From: Alphaproteobacteria bacterium
GTDB taxonomy: Bacteria; Pseudomonadota; Alphaproteobacteria; UBA828
NCBI GenBank assembly: GCA_965220745.1
Contig: CBDCQT010000012.1
Span: forward strand, 544,001 to 608,000
Reading direction: 5' to 3'
DNA length: 64,000 bases
Under the pieces are notes generated by a model, which was not told the origin of the DNA, made no database searches, and worked only from the letters and a program-made list of their open reading frames with translations. This document shows, piece after piece, positions 27,697 through 38,844 of the stretch. A program made the translations under genes and the position numbers. Position 1 is the stretch's first letter; every line of letters starts with the position of its first letter.

Positions 27697-28162
27697 GGAG
27701 CGTGCTCCTCGCGTTCTTCGGATTCATCGCGGCGATATCGAGGGGCTCCGGCTGCTGCGCCTCGTGCGGATGGTCCGGGCCGGGATAGACCTTGAGGTTC
27801 GCCATCTGCCGGCGGCCCAAGGGGCCCTTGGGGATCATCCGCTGCACCGCCTTGATCACCACCTCCTCGGGCCTCTTGCCGCCGAGAATGCGGGCCGCCG
27901 TGCGGGTCTTGAGGCCGCCGGGATACCCGGTGTGGTGGTGATAGAGCTTGTCTTCCCGCTTGCGCCCGGTGAGCCGGACCTTCCCGGCATTGACGACGAT
28001 GATGTTGTCACCGCAATCCATGTGCGGGGTGTAGCTCGGCTTGTGCTTGCCGCGCAGACGGGTCGCGACGATGCTGGCGAGCCGGCCGAGGACGAGGTCC
28101 TCCGCGTCCACCAGCATCCACTTCTTCTCGATTGTGGCAGGCGTTGCCGAGAAGGTTTTCAT
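27689..28162 (-). CDS. rplM: 50S ribosomal protein L13
   Basis: [35 protein letters not shown] and HPHEAQQP. Confidence 0.98.
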   Translation of the reverse strand: MKTFSATPATIEKKWMLVDAEDLVLGRLASIVATRLRGKHKPSYTPHMDCGDNIIVVNAGKVRLTGRKREDKLYHHHTGYPGGLKTRTAARILGGKRPEEVVIKAVQRMIPKGPLGRRQMANLKVYPGPDHPHEAQQPEPLDIAAMNPKNARSTLRG

Positions 28163-28237
28163 TTCGCTCACGACGATGGGATGTGACAAAACGGCGCGCG
28201 GCCTCGTTCGGCTCTCGCCGGCCCGCGCGCCGCCGGG

Positions 28238-28265
28238 AGTATGCCACAGGACTTTGCCCAGTCAA
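28238..28265 (-). promoter_or_regulatory. Putative sigma70 promoter of rplM-rpsI
   Basis: TTGACT-N16-CATACT on the minus strand. Confidence 0.45.
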
Positions 28266-28327
28266 CGGCAGCGTTGCGGGATGATGCGTGGCACTATCGC
28301 ATGGATCGAAGACGGAGTTTGGAGACC

Positions 28328-29140
28328 ATGTCCGACGTAGCGGGGAAGGTGGCACTCATCACCGGTGGCGGCACGGGGATCGGCAAGGGCATCGCACTGC
28401 TGTTCGCGCGCGAGGACATGAAGCTGGCCCTCAACGGGCTGGAACGCGCGCCGAGTGCCGAGAACCAGTACGAGACGAACCACATCGGCGGCTACTCCGC
28501 GGCGCTGGCCGTGGCGCAGGAGATCGGCGGCGATGCCATCGCCATCGATGCGGATGTGTCCGACGCCGGCGCCGTCGAGGCCATGTTCGCGCAGACGGTG
28601 GAGCGCTTCGGCCGGGTCGATGTCGTGGTCAACGCTGCCGGCGTGATCACCGCCCGCCCGATCGCCGACATGAGCGAGGCCGAGTGGGACAACATCATGG
28701 ACGTGAACGCCAAGGGGACGTTCCTGGTGAACAAGGCGGCGGTCATCCAGATGCGCGCGCAAGGCGACGGCGGCAGGATCGTCAACATCTCCTCGGTCGC
28801 GGGCAAGTTCGGCACCGCGACGCTCTCGCATTATTGCGCGTCCAAGTTCGCGGTCATCGGCTTCTCGAACGCGCTGGCCAAGGAGGTGGCGCGCGAGGGC
28901 ATCACGGTGAACTGCATCTGCCCCGGCATCGTGGGCACGCAGATGTGGACGCTGCTTAACGTCGCCTTCGGGGAATCGGGGGAGACGCCGGAGCAGACCT
29001 ACGCACGCTTCATCGAGGGCTACATTCCCCAGGGCGTTCCACAGACCGAGGAAGACATGGCGGAGCTCGCGCTCTATCTCGTGCGCGCGCCCCATGTCAC
29101 CGGGCAGGCCATCAACCTCGACGGCGGCGCTGCGCTGTAG
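28328..29140 (+). CDS. Short-chain dehydrogenase/reductase
   Basis: TGGGTGIG, NAAG, NISS, YCASK and CPG motifs; GGAG RBS before ATG 28328. Confidence 0.93.
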   Translation: MSDVAGKVALITGGGTGIGKGIALLFAREDMKLALNGLERAPSAENQYETNHIGGYSAALAVAQEIGGDAIAIDADVSDAGAVEAMFAQTVERFGRVDVVVNAAGVITARPIADMSEAEWDNIMDVNAKGTFLVNKAAVIQMRAQGDGGRIVNISSVAGKFGTATLSHYCASKFAVIGFSNALAKEVAREGITVNCICPGIVGTQMWTLLNVAFGESGETPEQTYARFIEGYIPQGVPQTEEDMAELALYLVRAPHVTGQAINLDGGAAL

Positions 29141-29167
29141 AGCCTGAGCCGGGACGTCACGCCGGAG

Positions 29168-30778
29168 TCACGCCTCGCGAATCATGTCGGCGGCCTTCTC
29201 CGCGATCATGATGACCGGCGAGGCGGTGTTGCCCGACGTGATCCGGGGCATGATCGAGGCATCCACGACGCGCAGGCCCTTCAGCCCGTGCACGCGCAGC
29301 TCCGAGTCCACGACCGCGTCGGGGTCTTCGCCCATCTTGCACGTCCCGACCGGGTGGAAGATCGTGGTCGCGATGTTGCCGACCTCCCTGACCAGGTCGT
29401 CGTCGGACTTAACCTCGGGGCCGGGCAGCAGCTCCTTCGGCGCGTAACGCTTCAGCGCCCTGGCCGTCATGATCCGGCGGACCTGGTGGACGGACTTGAC
29501 CGCGATGCGGCGGTCGTGCGCGGTCGTGAGGTAGTTCGGCTTGATCTCGGGTTGCGCGTCCAGGTCAGTTGTCGTCACGTGGCAGGTGCCCCGGCTTTCC
29601 GGGCGCAGGTTGCAGACTGACATCGTGATGGCGGGGTAGGGATGGAGCGGATCGCCCAGCCGGTCGGTGGAGAGAGGCTGGACGTGATACTCCAGATCGG
29701 GCGTAGCGAGCGCGGGGTCTGACTTCGTAAACATGCCGAATTGGCTCGGCGCCATCGACATCGGGCCGCTCCGGCGCAACGCGTATTCGAGAACGATGCC
29801 CGCCTTGCCCCAGAGGCTGTTCGCGAGAGTGTTCAGGGTTTTCGCGCCGCTCACGCCGTAGACCGTGCGGATCTGCAGGTGATCCATCAGGTTCTCGCCG
29901 ACTCCGGGGCTTTCGTGCGTCGCCTCGATACCGAGCCCGGCGAGCCGCGCGGGCTGGCCGATGCCGGAAAGCTCCAGGATCTTGGGCGAGTTGATGGACC
30001 CTGCGGCGAGCAGCACCTCGGCATCGGCGTGTGCCTCGCGCCGGGCCCCTTTGTGCCGATAGACCAGGCCGCGCACCGCGCGCCCTTCGAGGATCAGCCG
30101 CTCGGTCTCGGCCCGGAGGACGACGCGCAGGTTGGGTCGTTTCATCGCCGGCTTGAGGAAGCCGCGGGCCGTGGTCCAGCGCACGCCGTTGCGCTGGTTC
30201 ACCTCGAAGAAGCCCGAGCCCTCGTTGTCACCGTCGTTGAAGTCGGCGCGGGGCTGAATCCCGAATTCCTTCGCGGCCTCTTGCACCGCTTCCAGGATGT
30301 CCCAGCGCAGCCGCTGCGTCGTGACCTTCCAGCCGCCGCCGGTGCCGTGCATCGGGCTTGGGCCGGCGTGGTAGTCCTCCGACTTGAGGAAGTAGGGCAG
30401 CACGTCGTCCCAGCCCCAGCCGAGGTTGCCGAGCTGGCGCCAGTGGTCGTAGTCCGCCGCCTGGCCTCGCATGTAGATCATGCCGTTGACCGCGGTGCAG
30501 CCGCCCAGCACCTTGCCGCGGGGGTAGACCAGGCTGCGCCCGTTGAGGCCCGGCTCGGACGCCGTCTTCATCATCCAGTCGGTGCGGGGGTTGCCGATGC
30601 AGTAGAGGTAGCCCACGGGGATATGGACCCAGTGGTAGGCGTCGCTGCGGCCGGCTTCGAGCAGGAGCACGCGGGTCCGGGGGTCTTCGGTCAGGCGGTT
30701 GGCGAGCACGCAACCGGCCGTGCCGGCGCCCACGATGATGTAGTCGTAGCGGCCGTCGAGCGATTCCGGGGCTGCCAT
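29168..30778 (-). CDS. GMC family oxidoreductase (choline dehydrogenase-like)
   Basis: [33 protein letters not shown] and GNT motifs. Confidence 0.93.
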   Translation of the reverse strand: MAAPESLDGRYDYIIVGAGTAGCVLANRLTEDPRTRVLLLEAGRSDAYHWVHIPVGYLYCIGNPRTDWMMKTASEPGLNGRSLVYPRGKVLGGCTAVNGMIYMRGQAADYDHWRQLGNLGWGWDDVLPYFLKSEDYHAGPSPMHGTGGGWKVTTQRLRWDILEAVQEAAKEFGIQPRADFNDGDNEGSGFFEVNQRNGVRWTTARGFLKPAMKRPNLRVVLRAETERLILEGRAVRGLVYRHKGARREAHADAEVLLAAGSINSPKILELSGIGQPARLAGLGIEATHESPGVGENLMDHLQIRTVYGVSGAKTLNTLANSLWGKAGIVLEYALRRSGPMSMAPSQFGMFTKSDPALATPDLEYHVQPLSTDRLGDPLHPYPAITMSVCNLRPESRGTCHVTTTDLDAQPEIKPNYLTTAHDRRIAVKSVHQVRRIMTARALKRYAPKELLPGPEVKSDDDLVREVGNIATTIFHPVGTCKMGEDPDAVVDSELRVHGLKGLRVVDASIMPRITSGNTASPVIMIAEKAADMIREA

Positions 30779-30797
30779 GCGCGTCTCCACGCGGCCG

Positions 30798-33497
30798 CTA
30801 CAGCGAGAGGCCGAGCCGGCCGCGCGTGAGCTGGAACTCGGTGACCCCGCGCGACCAGAGCGCCGGCCGATAGCGGCCGGACGCCACGTCGGCGATCAAC
30901 GTACCGAGCGCGTCCACCATTGCATCGATGTCCTGTTCCGGCGCGAGCACGCGGTCCAGGTCGCTGTTGTACTGCGCCGCCACCTCGGGCACGGCCGTCA
31001 CCTGCACGAGGGGGAGCATGGGATGCCCCTGCAGCGGGGTCTGGCCTGCGTGGCAGAGCATCAAGTCGACCCCGGTCGCGCCGAGGCCCGTGAACGCCTC
31101 CACAGGGTTCTGCGTCGGGGTCTCCATGACGTGGAACCCCGCCTCCGTCGCAGGCCGGCCGAACGCGAGCGAGGCAGCGGGCGCTTCGCCATCGAGGAAG
31201 ACGGTGCACTGGAACCCATCGTTGCCGAGCAGGCCTTTACTGTCGGGTACCACCACCGTCGCGCCGGCCGCGACGAGGCCGGCGGCGAGGCGGCCGAACG
31301 CTTCCCCCATCGTCGGCGTCAGCGGCCCATGCGCAGCGAGTCCCACGCGCATCTCGTCCGCGCCCACGCGCCGCCGCTCGGAAGCAGGGGCGGCGCGGGC
31401 CGCCACCATCGCCTCGAGCTGCCGGGTCACCTTGGCCTGCACGCTGGCGATGCCGCCGTCCAGTTGCACGCTCGCCCAGCCGAAGCGCTCCGCCGGGACG
31501 CCGTGCGCGGCCAGGTGATTGCGCACCGCATCGTTGTGGGTCATCTCGCAGCCGTGCTCCAGCAGCACCGCGTGGCGCACGCTCCGGTGCGCGAGGTGTC
31601 CGGTGAGGGTGTCGAGATAGAGGCCGGCGCCATTGGCCGAACCGCAGCCCTCCGTGTGCACGAGTGCCACGAAGCGCGACACGTCGCTCCAGGGTGGCGG
31701 GTTGGCATCGAGTTCCTCGGCAATGAGGCGGGCGACCTGGCCGGAGCAGAGGCTGGTCGGCATCACCAGAGCGATCTGATCCGACGCCACGCCGTCTTTC
31801 GTGACCACCGCATCGAAGGCGAGGTCGAGCGGCGGCGCCTTCAGCACCGCGACGGGTCGCCCGTTGGGGACTGGACGCTTGCGGGCCTCGTCCAGCCCGT
31901 CCCTGTCGGTGCGCGGCCAGTCGCGCCAGATCGAGACCTGGGCGTGGCCGGCAAGCTCTCCCTTGCTGCGCTGCCCCGACGCGATGTCGAGCGCGAGCTC
32001 GAAGGTCTCCGCGCCCAGCGCGTCCATCTCCGTGCCGTCGTTGTAGCGGCCGGCGTTCACGTCCATCTCGTTCGCGAGCAGCTCGAAGCGCCCGGTGGTG
32101 GTCACGAACTTGAGCGTCGGCACGAAGGGGAAGTTGGTGATCGAGCCGTTGCCGGTGATGAAGAGGATGAGGTTGGAGCCCGCCGCCACCTGGCCCGCGA
32201 TGCTCTCCAGGTCGTTGCCGGGGCTGTCCATGAAGTAGTAGCCCGGCTCGCGCATGGGGGCGCCGTAGTCGATGACGTGGTCGAGCCGGACCTCCGGCGC
32301 CTTCTTGCGGGCGGCGCCGAGGGACTTGAGCGCGATGTTGTAGAGCCCGCGGAAATTGTTCCCGCCCGTCGGGTTCCCTTCCGCCGTGGCCCCGTGGTTC
32401 GCGGCGTAGCGCTTGAAGTTCTCGATCTTGTCCAGGAACGCGCGGGCGGTGGCGGCGTCGCGGACGTTCTCCAGCACGTAGGGCTCGGCGCCGATGAGCT
32501 CGTCGGTCTCGGCCAGGTTCGCGGCGCCCCCGTGGCGGATAACCTCCTTCGCCACCCAGCCGGCGAGCGCGTTGCCGGAGACGCCGGAGAATGCGTCCGA
32601 GCCGCCGCACTGGAGCGCGAGTCGGAGCGCGCCGGCGGGCTCCGGCGTGCGCTTGGCGGCTGCAATCTCGGGCAGCCAGCCTTCGATCAGCGCAGCTGCG
32701 CGCGCGACCTCCGCCTCGAACCCGCCCTCGATGCCAAAGAACGCGTGCGGCACGTGGTCGAGCGGGTCGCTGCGGTCCGCCATGAAGCGCCGCAGGTCGT
32801 CGTTGGTGTAGGCGCCCGCGCCGTCGTCGGCCGCGAGCACCGCGCCCACGTTGGGGTGCACCATGAAGCCCGCGAGCACCCGAAGCACGTGACCCAGGTT
32901 GTTGGGCCGACCGGCCCCGCCGCCTTCGGTATGGGTGACCGCGACCACGCCGTCGATCCCGGCGGGCGCCTGGGCCGCGGCGCGGTCCGCGACCGCGCGC
33001 ACGAAGCCGTTGGCGCGCGACGTGGTGGCCACCACCACGACGAAGTTGCGGGTGCCGACGCCCCGCCCGCCGGGGCGGCGGAAACCCTCGAAGGTGGCGC
33101 GGTCGTCGGCAGGCGCGACCTGCGCGCCCGGCATGAAGCAGGCCTCGTCCAGCGAGTAGGTCTCCATGGTGTCCACGAAATTGGCGGCATCGGGCAGCGC
33201 AAAGTCGATATCGCGGGCGCCCAATGCCGCCAGAATCCGCTCGTTGCAGACGTATTCGCCGGGTTTCAGCGCACGGGTCGCGATGCCGAAGGGGAGCCCC
33301 CAGGAGGTGAGTTGCGTGCCTTGCGGGACCGGCACGCGGACGAAACGATGCCCTTCGAGAATCGTGTGAGGCAGGCTGAATTCGCCCGCGCCGTCCGCGA
33401 CGAAGGTGCCGGCCTCCAGGCGCCGCGTCGCGATCGCGACGTTGTCGCCCGCCGCCGGAAGCCGGGCCACTCGGTCGAATTCGAAACGGTCAGTCAT
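30798..33497 (-). CDS. UxaA/GarD-family dehydratase with SAF domain and duplicated catalytic region (899 aa)
   Basis: DNVAIA and GHRF (SAF), GVGTRN, HPNVG, CGGSD and DSPGND; a second copy with HTEGCG and HGCE; start at MTDRFE. Confidence 0.85.
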   Translation of the reverse strand: MTDRFEFDRVARLPAAGDNVAIATRRLEAGTFVADGAGEFSLPHTILEGHRFVRVPVPQGTQLTSWGLPFGIATRALKPGEYVCNERILAALGARDIDFALPDAANFVDTMETYSLDEACFMPGAQVAPADDRATFEGFRRPGGRGVGTRNFVVVVATTSRANGFVRAVADRAAAQAPAGIDGVVAVTHTEGGGAGRPNNLGHVLRVLAGFMVHPNVGAVLAADDGAGAYTNDDLRRFMADRSDPLDHVPHAFFGIEGGFEAEVARAAALIEGWLPEIAAAKRTPEPAGALRLALQCGGSDAFSGVSGNALAGWVAKEVIRHGGAANLAETDELIGAEPYVLENVRDAATARAFLDKIENFKRYAANHGATAEGNPTGGNNFRGLYNIALKSLGAARKKAPEVRLDHVIDYGAPMREPGYYFMDSPGNDLESIAGQVAAGSNLILFITGNGSITNFPFVPTLKFVTTTGRFELLANEMDVNAGRYNDGTEMDALGAETFELALDIASGQRSKGELAGHAQVSIWRDWPRTDRDGLDEARKRPVPNGRPVAVLKAPPLDLAFDAVVTKDGVASDQIALVMPTSLCSGQVARLIAEELDANPPPWSDVSRFVALVHTEGCGSANGAGLYLDTLTGHLAHRSVRHAVLLEHGCEMTHNDAVRNHLAAHGVPAERFGWASVQLDGGIASVQAKVTRQLEAMVAARAAPASERRRVGADEMRVGLAAHGPLTPTMGEAFGRLAAGLVAAGATVVVPDSKGLLGNDGFQCTVFLDGEAPAASLAFGRPATEAGFHVMETPTQNPVEAFTGLGATGVDLMLCHAGQTPLQGHPMLPLVQVTAVPEVAAQYNSDLDRVLAPEQDIDAMVDALGTLIADVASGRYRPALWSRGVTEFQLTRGRLGLSL

Positions 33498-33665
33498 CTC
33501 CACATACTCGGCCCATTCGCAGGACATGGCAGGGACGCCATCATTATCGATAAACGCCGACCAGGGGTAGCCCGCCGGCGTTACAAAGGCTCGTCGGTTT
33601 ACGCCTTCGCCGCGCCGCCCTATCGTCCGCCGCAAGAGGGGCTCCGGGGCGGAGGGCGGTGGCGC

Positions 33666-34835
33666 ATGGCGATCCACTTCACGAGGGACGAGTTCGACCA
33701 GCGTCGCGACGCAGTGGTCCGCGCGCTGAAGGGGCGGGGCCTCTTCGGCATCCTGCTCTTCAAGCAGGAGAGCATGTACTACCTGACGGGCTACGACACC
33801 TTCGGGTTCTGCTTCTTCCAATGCCTCTGGCTCGGCAGCGACGGGCGAATGACCCTGCTCACCCGCGCGCCCGACCTGAGACAAGCGCAGCACACCTCGA
33901 TCATCGAGGACATCCGCATCTGGATGGACGAAGCCGGCGCGGACCCTGCCGGCGCGCTCCGAGATGTGGTCACGGGACATGGCGGGGCCGGCACGTTGAT
34001 CGGCGTCGAGCGCGACACGCAAGGGCTGACCGCAGCAAACTGGCTCAGGGTCGAGCGGGCGTTTGACGAGTTCTGCACGCTGGAGGATGCGTCCGACCTC
34101 GTCTCCGCGCTCCGCCTGGTCAAGAGCGACGATGAGCTTGCCCACGTGCGCCGCGCGGCCGAACTCGCCGACGACGCCCTGGCGGAAGCCGAACGACTGG
34201 CCGCGCCGGACGCGTTCGAAGGCGACATCCTGGCCGCGATGCAGGGTGCCGTCTTCCGCGGAGGCGGCGAGTATCCCGGCAATCCGTTCATACTCAGCTC
34301 CGGTCCCGACGCGCTCTTGTGCCGGGACAAGGCCGGGCGCCGCCGGCTCGCGGAGCAGGACCAGCTCACCCTCGAGTTCGCCGGCGCCTATTGCCGTTAC
34401 CACGCCGCGCTTATGCGCACGCTCGTGGTCGGCTCGGTGTCCGACGCGCACAAGGCCATGCACCGGGCCTGCAGCGACGCCCTCGATGCCTGCCGGGATA
34501 CCCTGCACCCGGGCCGGCGCTTCGGCGAGGTTTTCGACGCCCACGCGCGGGTGCTCGACAAGGCGGGCTACCGCAAGCATCGCCTCAACGCCTGCGGCTA
34601 CAGCCTGGGCGCGACCTTCGCCCCGTCGTGGATGGATGGCCCCATGTTCTACACCGGCAATCCGCAGACCGTGGAGCCCGGCATGGTGCTCTTCGTCCAC
34701 ATCATTCTCGCGAACAGCGATGACGGGCTCGCCATGACGCTAGGCGAGACCTACGCGATCGGGGATGACGGCCCGGAATGCCTGAGCCGGGCGCCGCGCA
34801 ACCTCGCGCCCTGCGGCGGGGAGGCCGCCGGATAA
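33666..34835 (+). CDS. M24 (Xaa-Pro peptidase/creatinase/DoeA-like) family hydrolase
   Basis: QESMYYLTGYD, LRLVKS..E, RYHAALMRT and GYSLG motifs; start at MAIHF. Confidence 0.88.
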   Translation: MAIHFTRDEFDQRRDAVVRALKGRGLFGILLFKQESMYYLTGYDTFGFCFFQCLWLGSDGRMTLLTRAPDLRQAQHTSIIEDIRIWMDEAGADPAGALRDVVTGHGGAGTLIGVERDTQGLTAANWLRVERAFDEFCTLEDASDLVSALRLVKSDDELAHVRRAAELADDALAEAERLAAPDAFEGDILAAMQGAVFRGGGEYPGNPFILSSGPDALLCRDKAGRRRLAEQDQLTLEFAGAYCRYHAALMRTLVVGSVSDAHKAMHRACSDALDACRDTLHPGRRFGEVFDAHARVLDKAGYRKHRLNACGYSLGATFAPSWMDGPMFYTGNPQTVEPGMVLFVHIILANSDDGLAMTLGETYAIGDDGPECLSRAPRNLAPCGGEAAG

Positions 34836-34838
34836 GCC

Positions 34839-36461
34839 ATGTACGAGGTCACGCTCACCGAGGCTTACTTTCCGGCGCAGAAGGAGATCGACGTTCGCGA
34901 GATCACCGTCGGCGGGCTGCTGCGCGAGACCGCCGCTCGGCGTGGGGAAGCGGAGGCGCTGGTCGAGGTCCGCCAATCCGGCGAGATCGGACGGCGCTGG
35001 ACCTATGCGGCGTTGCTTGCGGATAGCGAACGGCTGGCGGTGGCGTTGGCGTCGCGCTTCCGCCCCGGCGAACGGGTCGTCGTCTGGGCGCCCAACAGCC
35101 CGGAATGGGTGCTGATGGAGTACGCCTGCGCCCTCGCCGGGCTGGTGCTGGTGACGGCGAACCCGGCCTATCAGGTGCGCGAGCTGCGCTACGTGCTGGA
35201 ACAGTCGGGGGCCGTCGCGTTGTTCCTGGTCGAGGAGTTCCGGGGCAACCCGATGGCCGAGATCGGCGCCGCGGCCGCTGACGGCCTGGCAGCCATCCGC
35301 GAAGTCGTCGACATGAACGATACACAGGCCCTCCACGCCGCGGGCGGGGAGGGGGCGCAGACGTTGCCCGCCGTCGCGCCCGGCGATGCGGCGCAGATTC
35401 AATACACTTCGGGCACGACCGGCTTCCCCAAGGGCGCGGTGCTGAGCCATCGCGGGCTGGTCAACAACGCGCGCTATTACGCTGGCCGCTGCGGCGTGAC
35501 CGAGAGCACCACCTGGATCAACCCCATGCCGATGTTCCACACCAGCGGATGCGGCATGTTGACCCTGGGCTCGCTCCAGGCGGGCTGCCGGATGGTCCTG
35601 GTCAGCCTGTTCGATCCGCACGTCGTCGCCGGCCTGATCGAAAGCCAGAGGGCCACCATCGCCCTCGGTGTGCCGACGATGATCCTCGCCATGCTCGACG
35701 CCTACGAAGCCGCGCCCTGCGACACCTCGTCGCTGGAAATGGTGAACAGCGGTGGTGCCATGGTGGCGCCGGAGCTGGTGCGCCGCGCGCAGCGGAACTT
35801 CGGTTGCGCGTTCTCCACCGTTTACGGCCAGACCGAGCACAGCCCGCTCATCACCCAGCACTATAGCGACGACACCATCGACGATATCTGCAACACGGTG
35901 GGGCAGCCCATTCCGCAAACCGACGTCTCGATCCGGCGCGTTGCCGACAACAGCACCGCCGCCATCGACGAGATCGGCGAAATCTGCGCCCGCGGGCCGA
36001 GCGTCATGCTGGGGTATCACGACAACGAGGCGGCGACGGCCGAGGCCATCGACGCCGATGGCTGGCTCCACACGGGCGACCTCGGGCGCATGGATGCGCG
36101 CGGCTACGTCACGATCACCGGCCGGGTGAAGGAGATGATCATCCGTGGCGGCGAGAACCACTTTCCAGCCGAGATCGAGAACGTCCTGCTGGAGCATGCA
36201 AGCGTGGCCGAGGTCGCCGTGGTCGGCCTGCCCGACGAGACCTGGGGCGAGGTGATCGCCGCTTTCGTTCGCACCGAAGGCGGACGGGAGGTGGACAGGG
36301 ACGCTCTGCATGACCATTGCCGCGCGAGCCTCTCGCCCCAGAAGACGCCGACGGTCTGGTGCCGTGTCGACGCGTTTCCGATGACCGGCTCGGGCAAGAT
36401 CCAGAAATTCTTGCTGCGGGACGGCTACCTCGCGGGGCAGTACCGAGGGGGGCCACGATGA
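34839..36461 (+). CDS. Acyl-CoA synthetase (AMP-binding)
   Basis: YTSGTTGFPKG, YGQTE, TGDLG, GRVKEMIIRGGEN and SGKIQK motifs. Confidence 0.94.
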   Translation: MYEVTLTEAYFPAQKEIDVREITVGGLLRETAARRGEAEALVEVRQSGEIGRRWTYAALLADSERLAVALASRFRPGERVVVWAPNSPEWVLMEYACALAGLVLVTANPAYQVRELRYVLEQSGAVALFLVEEFRGNPMAEIGAAAADGLAAIREVVDMNDTQALHAAGGEGAQTLPAVAPGDAAQIQYTSGTTGFPKGAVLSHRGLVNNARYYAGRCGVTESTTWINPMPMFHTSGCGMLTLGSLQAGCRMVLVSLFDPHVVAGLIESQRATIALGVPTMILAMLDAYEAAPCDTSSLEMVNSGGAMVAPELVRRAQRNFGCAFSTVYGQTEHSPLITQHYSDDTIDDICNTVGQPIPQTDVSIRRVADNSTAAIDEIGEICARGPSVMLGYHDNEAATAEAIDADGWLHTGDLGRMDARGYVTITGRVKEMIIRGGENHFPAEIENVLLEHASVAEVAVVGLPDETWGEVIAAFVRTEGGREVDRDALHDHCRASLSPQKTPTVWCRVDAFPMTGSGKIQKFLLRDGYLAGQYRGGPR

Positions 36462-37330
36462 CGGCGCCAGTCCTCTACGAACGCGATGGCCGGATCGCGC
36501 GGATCACGCTCAACCGCCCGGAGGTGCTGAACGCCATCGACGACGAACTGCCGGGCGCGCTGTCCGCCGCTGTCGCGCAGGCCGACGCCGATCCGGTCGT
36601 CCACGTGATGGTGCTCTCCGGCGCCGGGCGGGCCTTCTGTGCCGGCTACGACCTCACGCGCTATGCGAGCGGGGAAACCGGCGGCGACGAGGGTGGCTAC
36701 ACGGGGCAGGAGATGCCCTGGGACCCGATCAAGGACTACGCCTTCATGTGGGCGAACACCCAGCACTTCATGGCACTCTGGCGGGCGCTCAAGCCGGTGA
36801 TCTGCAAGGTGCACGGCTTCGCGCTCGCGGGCGGCTCGGACATCGCGCTCTGCGCCGACCTCACGCTCGTCGCAGACGACGCCGAGATTGGCTACATGCC
36901 GGCGCGGGTCTGGGGCTGCCCCACGACCGCCATGTGGGTCTATCGGCTGGGGCCGGAGAGGGCGAAGCGGATGCTCTTCACCGGCGACAAGATCACCGGG
37001 AGGGAAGCCGCCGACATGGGCCTCGTCCTGAAGGCCGTGCCCGCGGCAGAACTTGACAACGAGGTGGAGGCGCTGGCCCGGCGCATGGCGAGCGTGCCGG
37101 TCAACCAGCTGGCCATGCAGAAGCTGGTCATCAATCAGGCGATCGAAGCCACCGGTCTCATGAACACCCAGAGACTCGCCACGATCTTCGACGGCATCAC
37201 GCGCCATTCGCCGGAGGGAGTGAACTTCAAGAAGCGGGCCGAAGAGGTCGGCTGGAAGCAAGCCGTGCAGGAACGCGACACGGGCACGTTCGATTGGACC
37301 CTGAATAGACCGATCGAAAGCTCGGACTGA
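36458..37330 (+). CDS. Crotonase/enoyl-CoA hydratase family protein
   Basis: ITLNRPEVLNA, AFCAGYDL and VHGFALAGG motifs; ATGA overlap with the upstream gene. Confidence 0.92.
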   Translation: MTAPVLYERDGRIARITLNRPEVLNAIDDELPGALSAAVAQADADPVVHVMVLSGAGRAFCAGYDLTRYASGETGGDEGGYTGQEMPWDPIKDYAFMWANTQHFMALWRALKPVICKVHGFALAGGSDIALCADLTLVADDAEIGYMPARVWGCPTTAMWVYRLGPERAKRMLFTGDKITGREAADMGLVLKAVPAAELDNEVEALARRMASVPVNQLAMQKLVINQAIEATGLMNTQRLATIFDGITRHSPEGVNFKKRAEEVGWKQAVQERDTGTFDWTLNRPIESSD

Positions 37331-37398
37331 CTCGCCCTCCTCGCCCCGCGCCGCCTCTGGCCGTAACCGTTCCGAAATTTCCGCGTCAGGACATTGGC

Positions 37399-37427
37399 TT
37401 GACGGTCCTCAACCCGAGGGATAGCCT
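37399..37427 (+). promoter_or_regulatory. Putative sigma70 promoter of the Liv-type ABC operon
   Basis: TTGACG-N17-TAGCCT about 40 nt before the ATG. Confidence 0.5.
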
Positions 37428-37467
37428 CTTGAAATAGGTGGTCGGAGATGTGGGAGGCACGGAGACC

Positions 37468-38742
37468 ATGCTAATGAAATCAAACCATAAATTGAGCCGT
37501 CGTGGGTGGCTGAAGCGGTCACTCGCGTTGGCAATCGTCGCCGGGGCGGTTGCGCTTACAGCACCGGCACAGGCGAACGACACCATCAAGATCGGCTTCA
37601 GCATGGCGCTGACCGGCGGTCTCGCCGGGGCGGGCAAGGGCGCGCTCATCGCCATGCAGGTATGGGCCGAGGACACCAACGCCGCGGGCGGGCTGCTCGG
37701 CAAGCAGGTCGAGCTCATCTACTACGACGACCAGACCAACCCCGCGAACGTGCCCGGTATCTATACGAAGCTGCTCGACGTCGACGATGTCGACTTCGTG
37801 GTGTCCGGTTACGGTACGAACCTGATCGCGCCGGCCATGCCGATCGTGATGCAGCGCGGTCTCGTCTTTCCGTCGCTGTTCGGCCTCGCGGTCAACGAGA
37901 AGTTCAACTATCCGAACTATTTCCAGATCATGCCGGCAGGGCCGGAGCCGTTGACCGACTGGTCGAAGGGCTTCTACAGCGTTGCCATGGCGCAGGATCC
38001 GCCGCCGAAGACGATCGCGCTCGTGGGCGCCGATGCCGAGTTCGCCAAGAATGCGGTCAAGGGCGCCCGGATCCAGGCGGAAGCACTGGGGCTCGAGATC
38101 GTCTATGACGAGTCCTACCACCCGAAGACGCCGGACTTCACCCCGATCGTCAATGCCATTCAGGCGCGCAATCCGGATATGGTGTTTGTCGGCTCGTACC
38201 CGCCCGATTCGGTCGGGATGGTGAAGGCGGCCACCGAGGTGGGCCTCAAGACCAAGATTTTCGGCGGCGGCATGGTGGGGCTTCAGTTCGCCTCGATCAT
38301 GACGGCGCTCGGGCCGAAGCTGAACGGCATCGTGAACTACGATTTCTGGGTGCCGGAGCCGACGCTGAAGTTCGAGGGCGTCGAGGCGTTCCTCGCCAAG
38401 TACCAGAAGGCGGCCGAGGGCCAGGGCGTGGACCCGTTGGGCTACTATCTCCAACCCTACGCCTATGCGTATCTCCAGGTGCTGGGGCAGGCGATCACCG
38501 CCACCAACAGTGCGGATCACGCCGTCATTGGGGAGTACATCCGCAACAATTCGTTCGACACCGTGGTCGGCAACGTGAGCTTCGCGCCGAACGGCGAGTG
38601 GGCGAAGACGCGGGTGCTGATGGTCCAGTACCAGGGGATCGAGGACAACGAGCTCGCGACCTTCACCAAGGCCGGGACGCGCGTCGTGCTCTATCCCGAG
38701 GAGTGGAAGTCGGGGACCGTCAACTACCCCTACGCCGAATAG
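37468..38742 (+). CDS. Branched-chain amino acid-type ABC substrate-binding protein
   Basis: IKIGFSMALTG, GGLLGKQVELIYYDD; SRRGWLK twin-arginine-like signal ending AQA. Confidence 0.92.
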   Translation: MLMKSNHKLSRRGWLKRSLALAIVAGAVALTAPAQANDTIKIGFSMALTGGLAGAGKGALIAMQVWAEDTNAAGGLLGKQVELIYYDDQTNPANVPGIYTKLLDVDDVDFVVSGYGTNLIAPAMPIVMQRGLVFPSLFGLAVNEKFNYPNYFQIMPAGPEPLTDWSKGFYSVAMAQDPPPKTIALVGADAEFAKNAVKGARIQAEALGLEIVYDESYHPKTPDFTPIVNAIQARNPDMVFVGSYPPDSVGMVKAATEVGLKTKIFGGGMVGLQFASIMTALGPKLNGIVNYDFWVPEPTLKFEGVEAFLAKYQKAAEGQGVDPLGYYLQPYAYAYLQVLGQAITATNSADHAVIGEYIRNNSFDTVVGNVSFAPNGEWAKTRVLMVQYQGIEDNELATFTKAGTRVVLYPEEWKSGTVNYPYAE

Positions 38743-38780
38743 CCAGCGCTCCCGAGAGGAGCCTGACAGCGACTGCCAAT

Positions 38781-38820
38781 GGAAATGTCATCCCGCCGCA
38801 TTCGACGGGATGACATTTCC
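38781..38820 (+). terminator. Perfect 15-bp stem hairpin after SBP gene (mRNA stabiliser/REP-like)
   Basis: ggaaatgtcatcccg-N10-cgggatgacatttcc. Confidence 0.6.
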
Positions 38821-38844
38821 TATTACCGGTAGGACGGCCAGCGG

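Noticed and set aside
33544-33553. Palindrome ttatcgataa between divergent uxaA-like and M24 genes
   Set aside because: Only 10 bp and no adjacent regulator, so insufficient to call an operator
30777-34835. Two giant overlapping antiparallel ORFs (1352 aa + and 1300 aa -)
   Set aside because: Each is a real gene (M24 from 33666; UxaA from 33497) extended upstream through the stop-poor antisense frame of the other, a high-GC artefact
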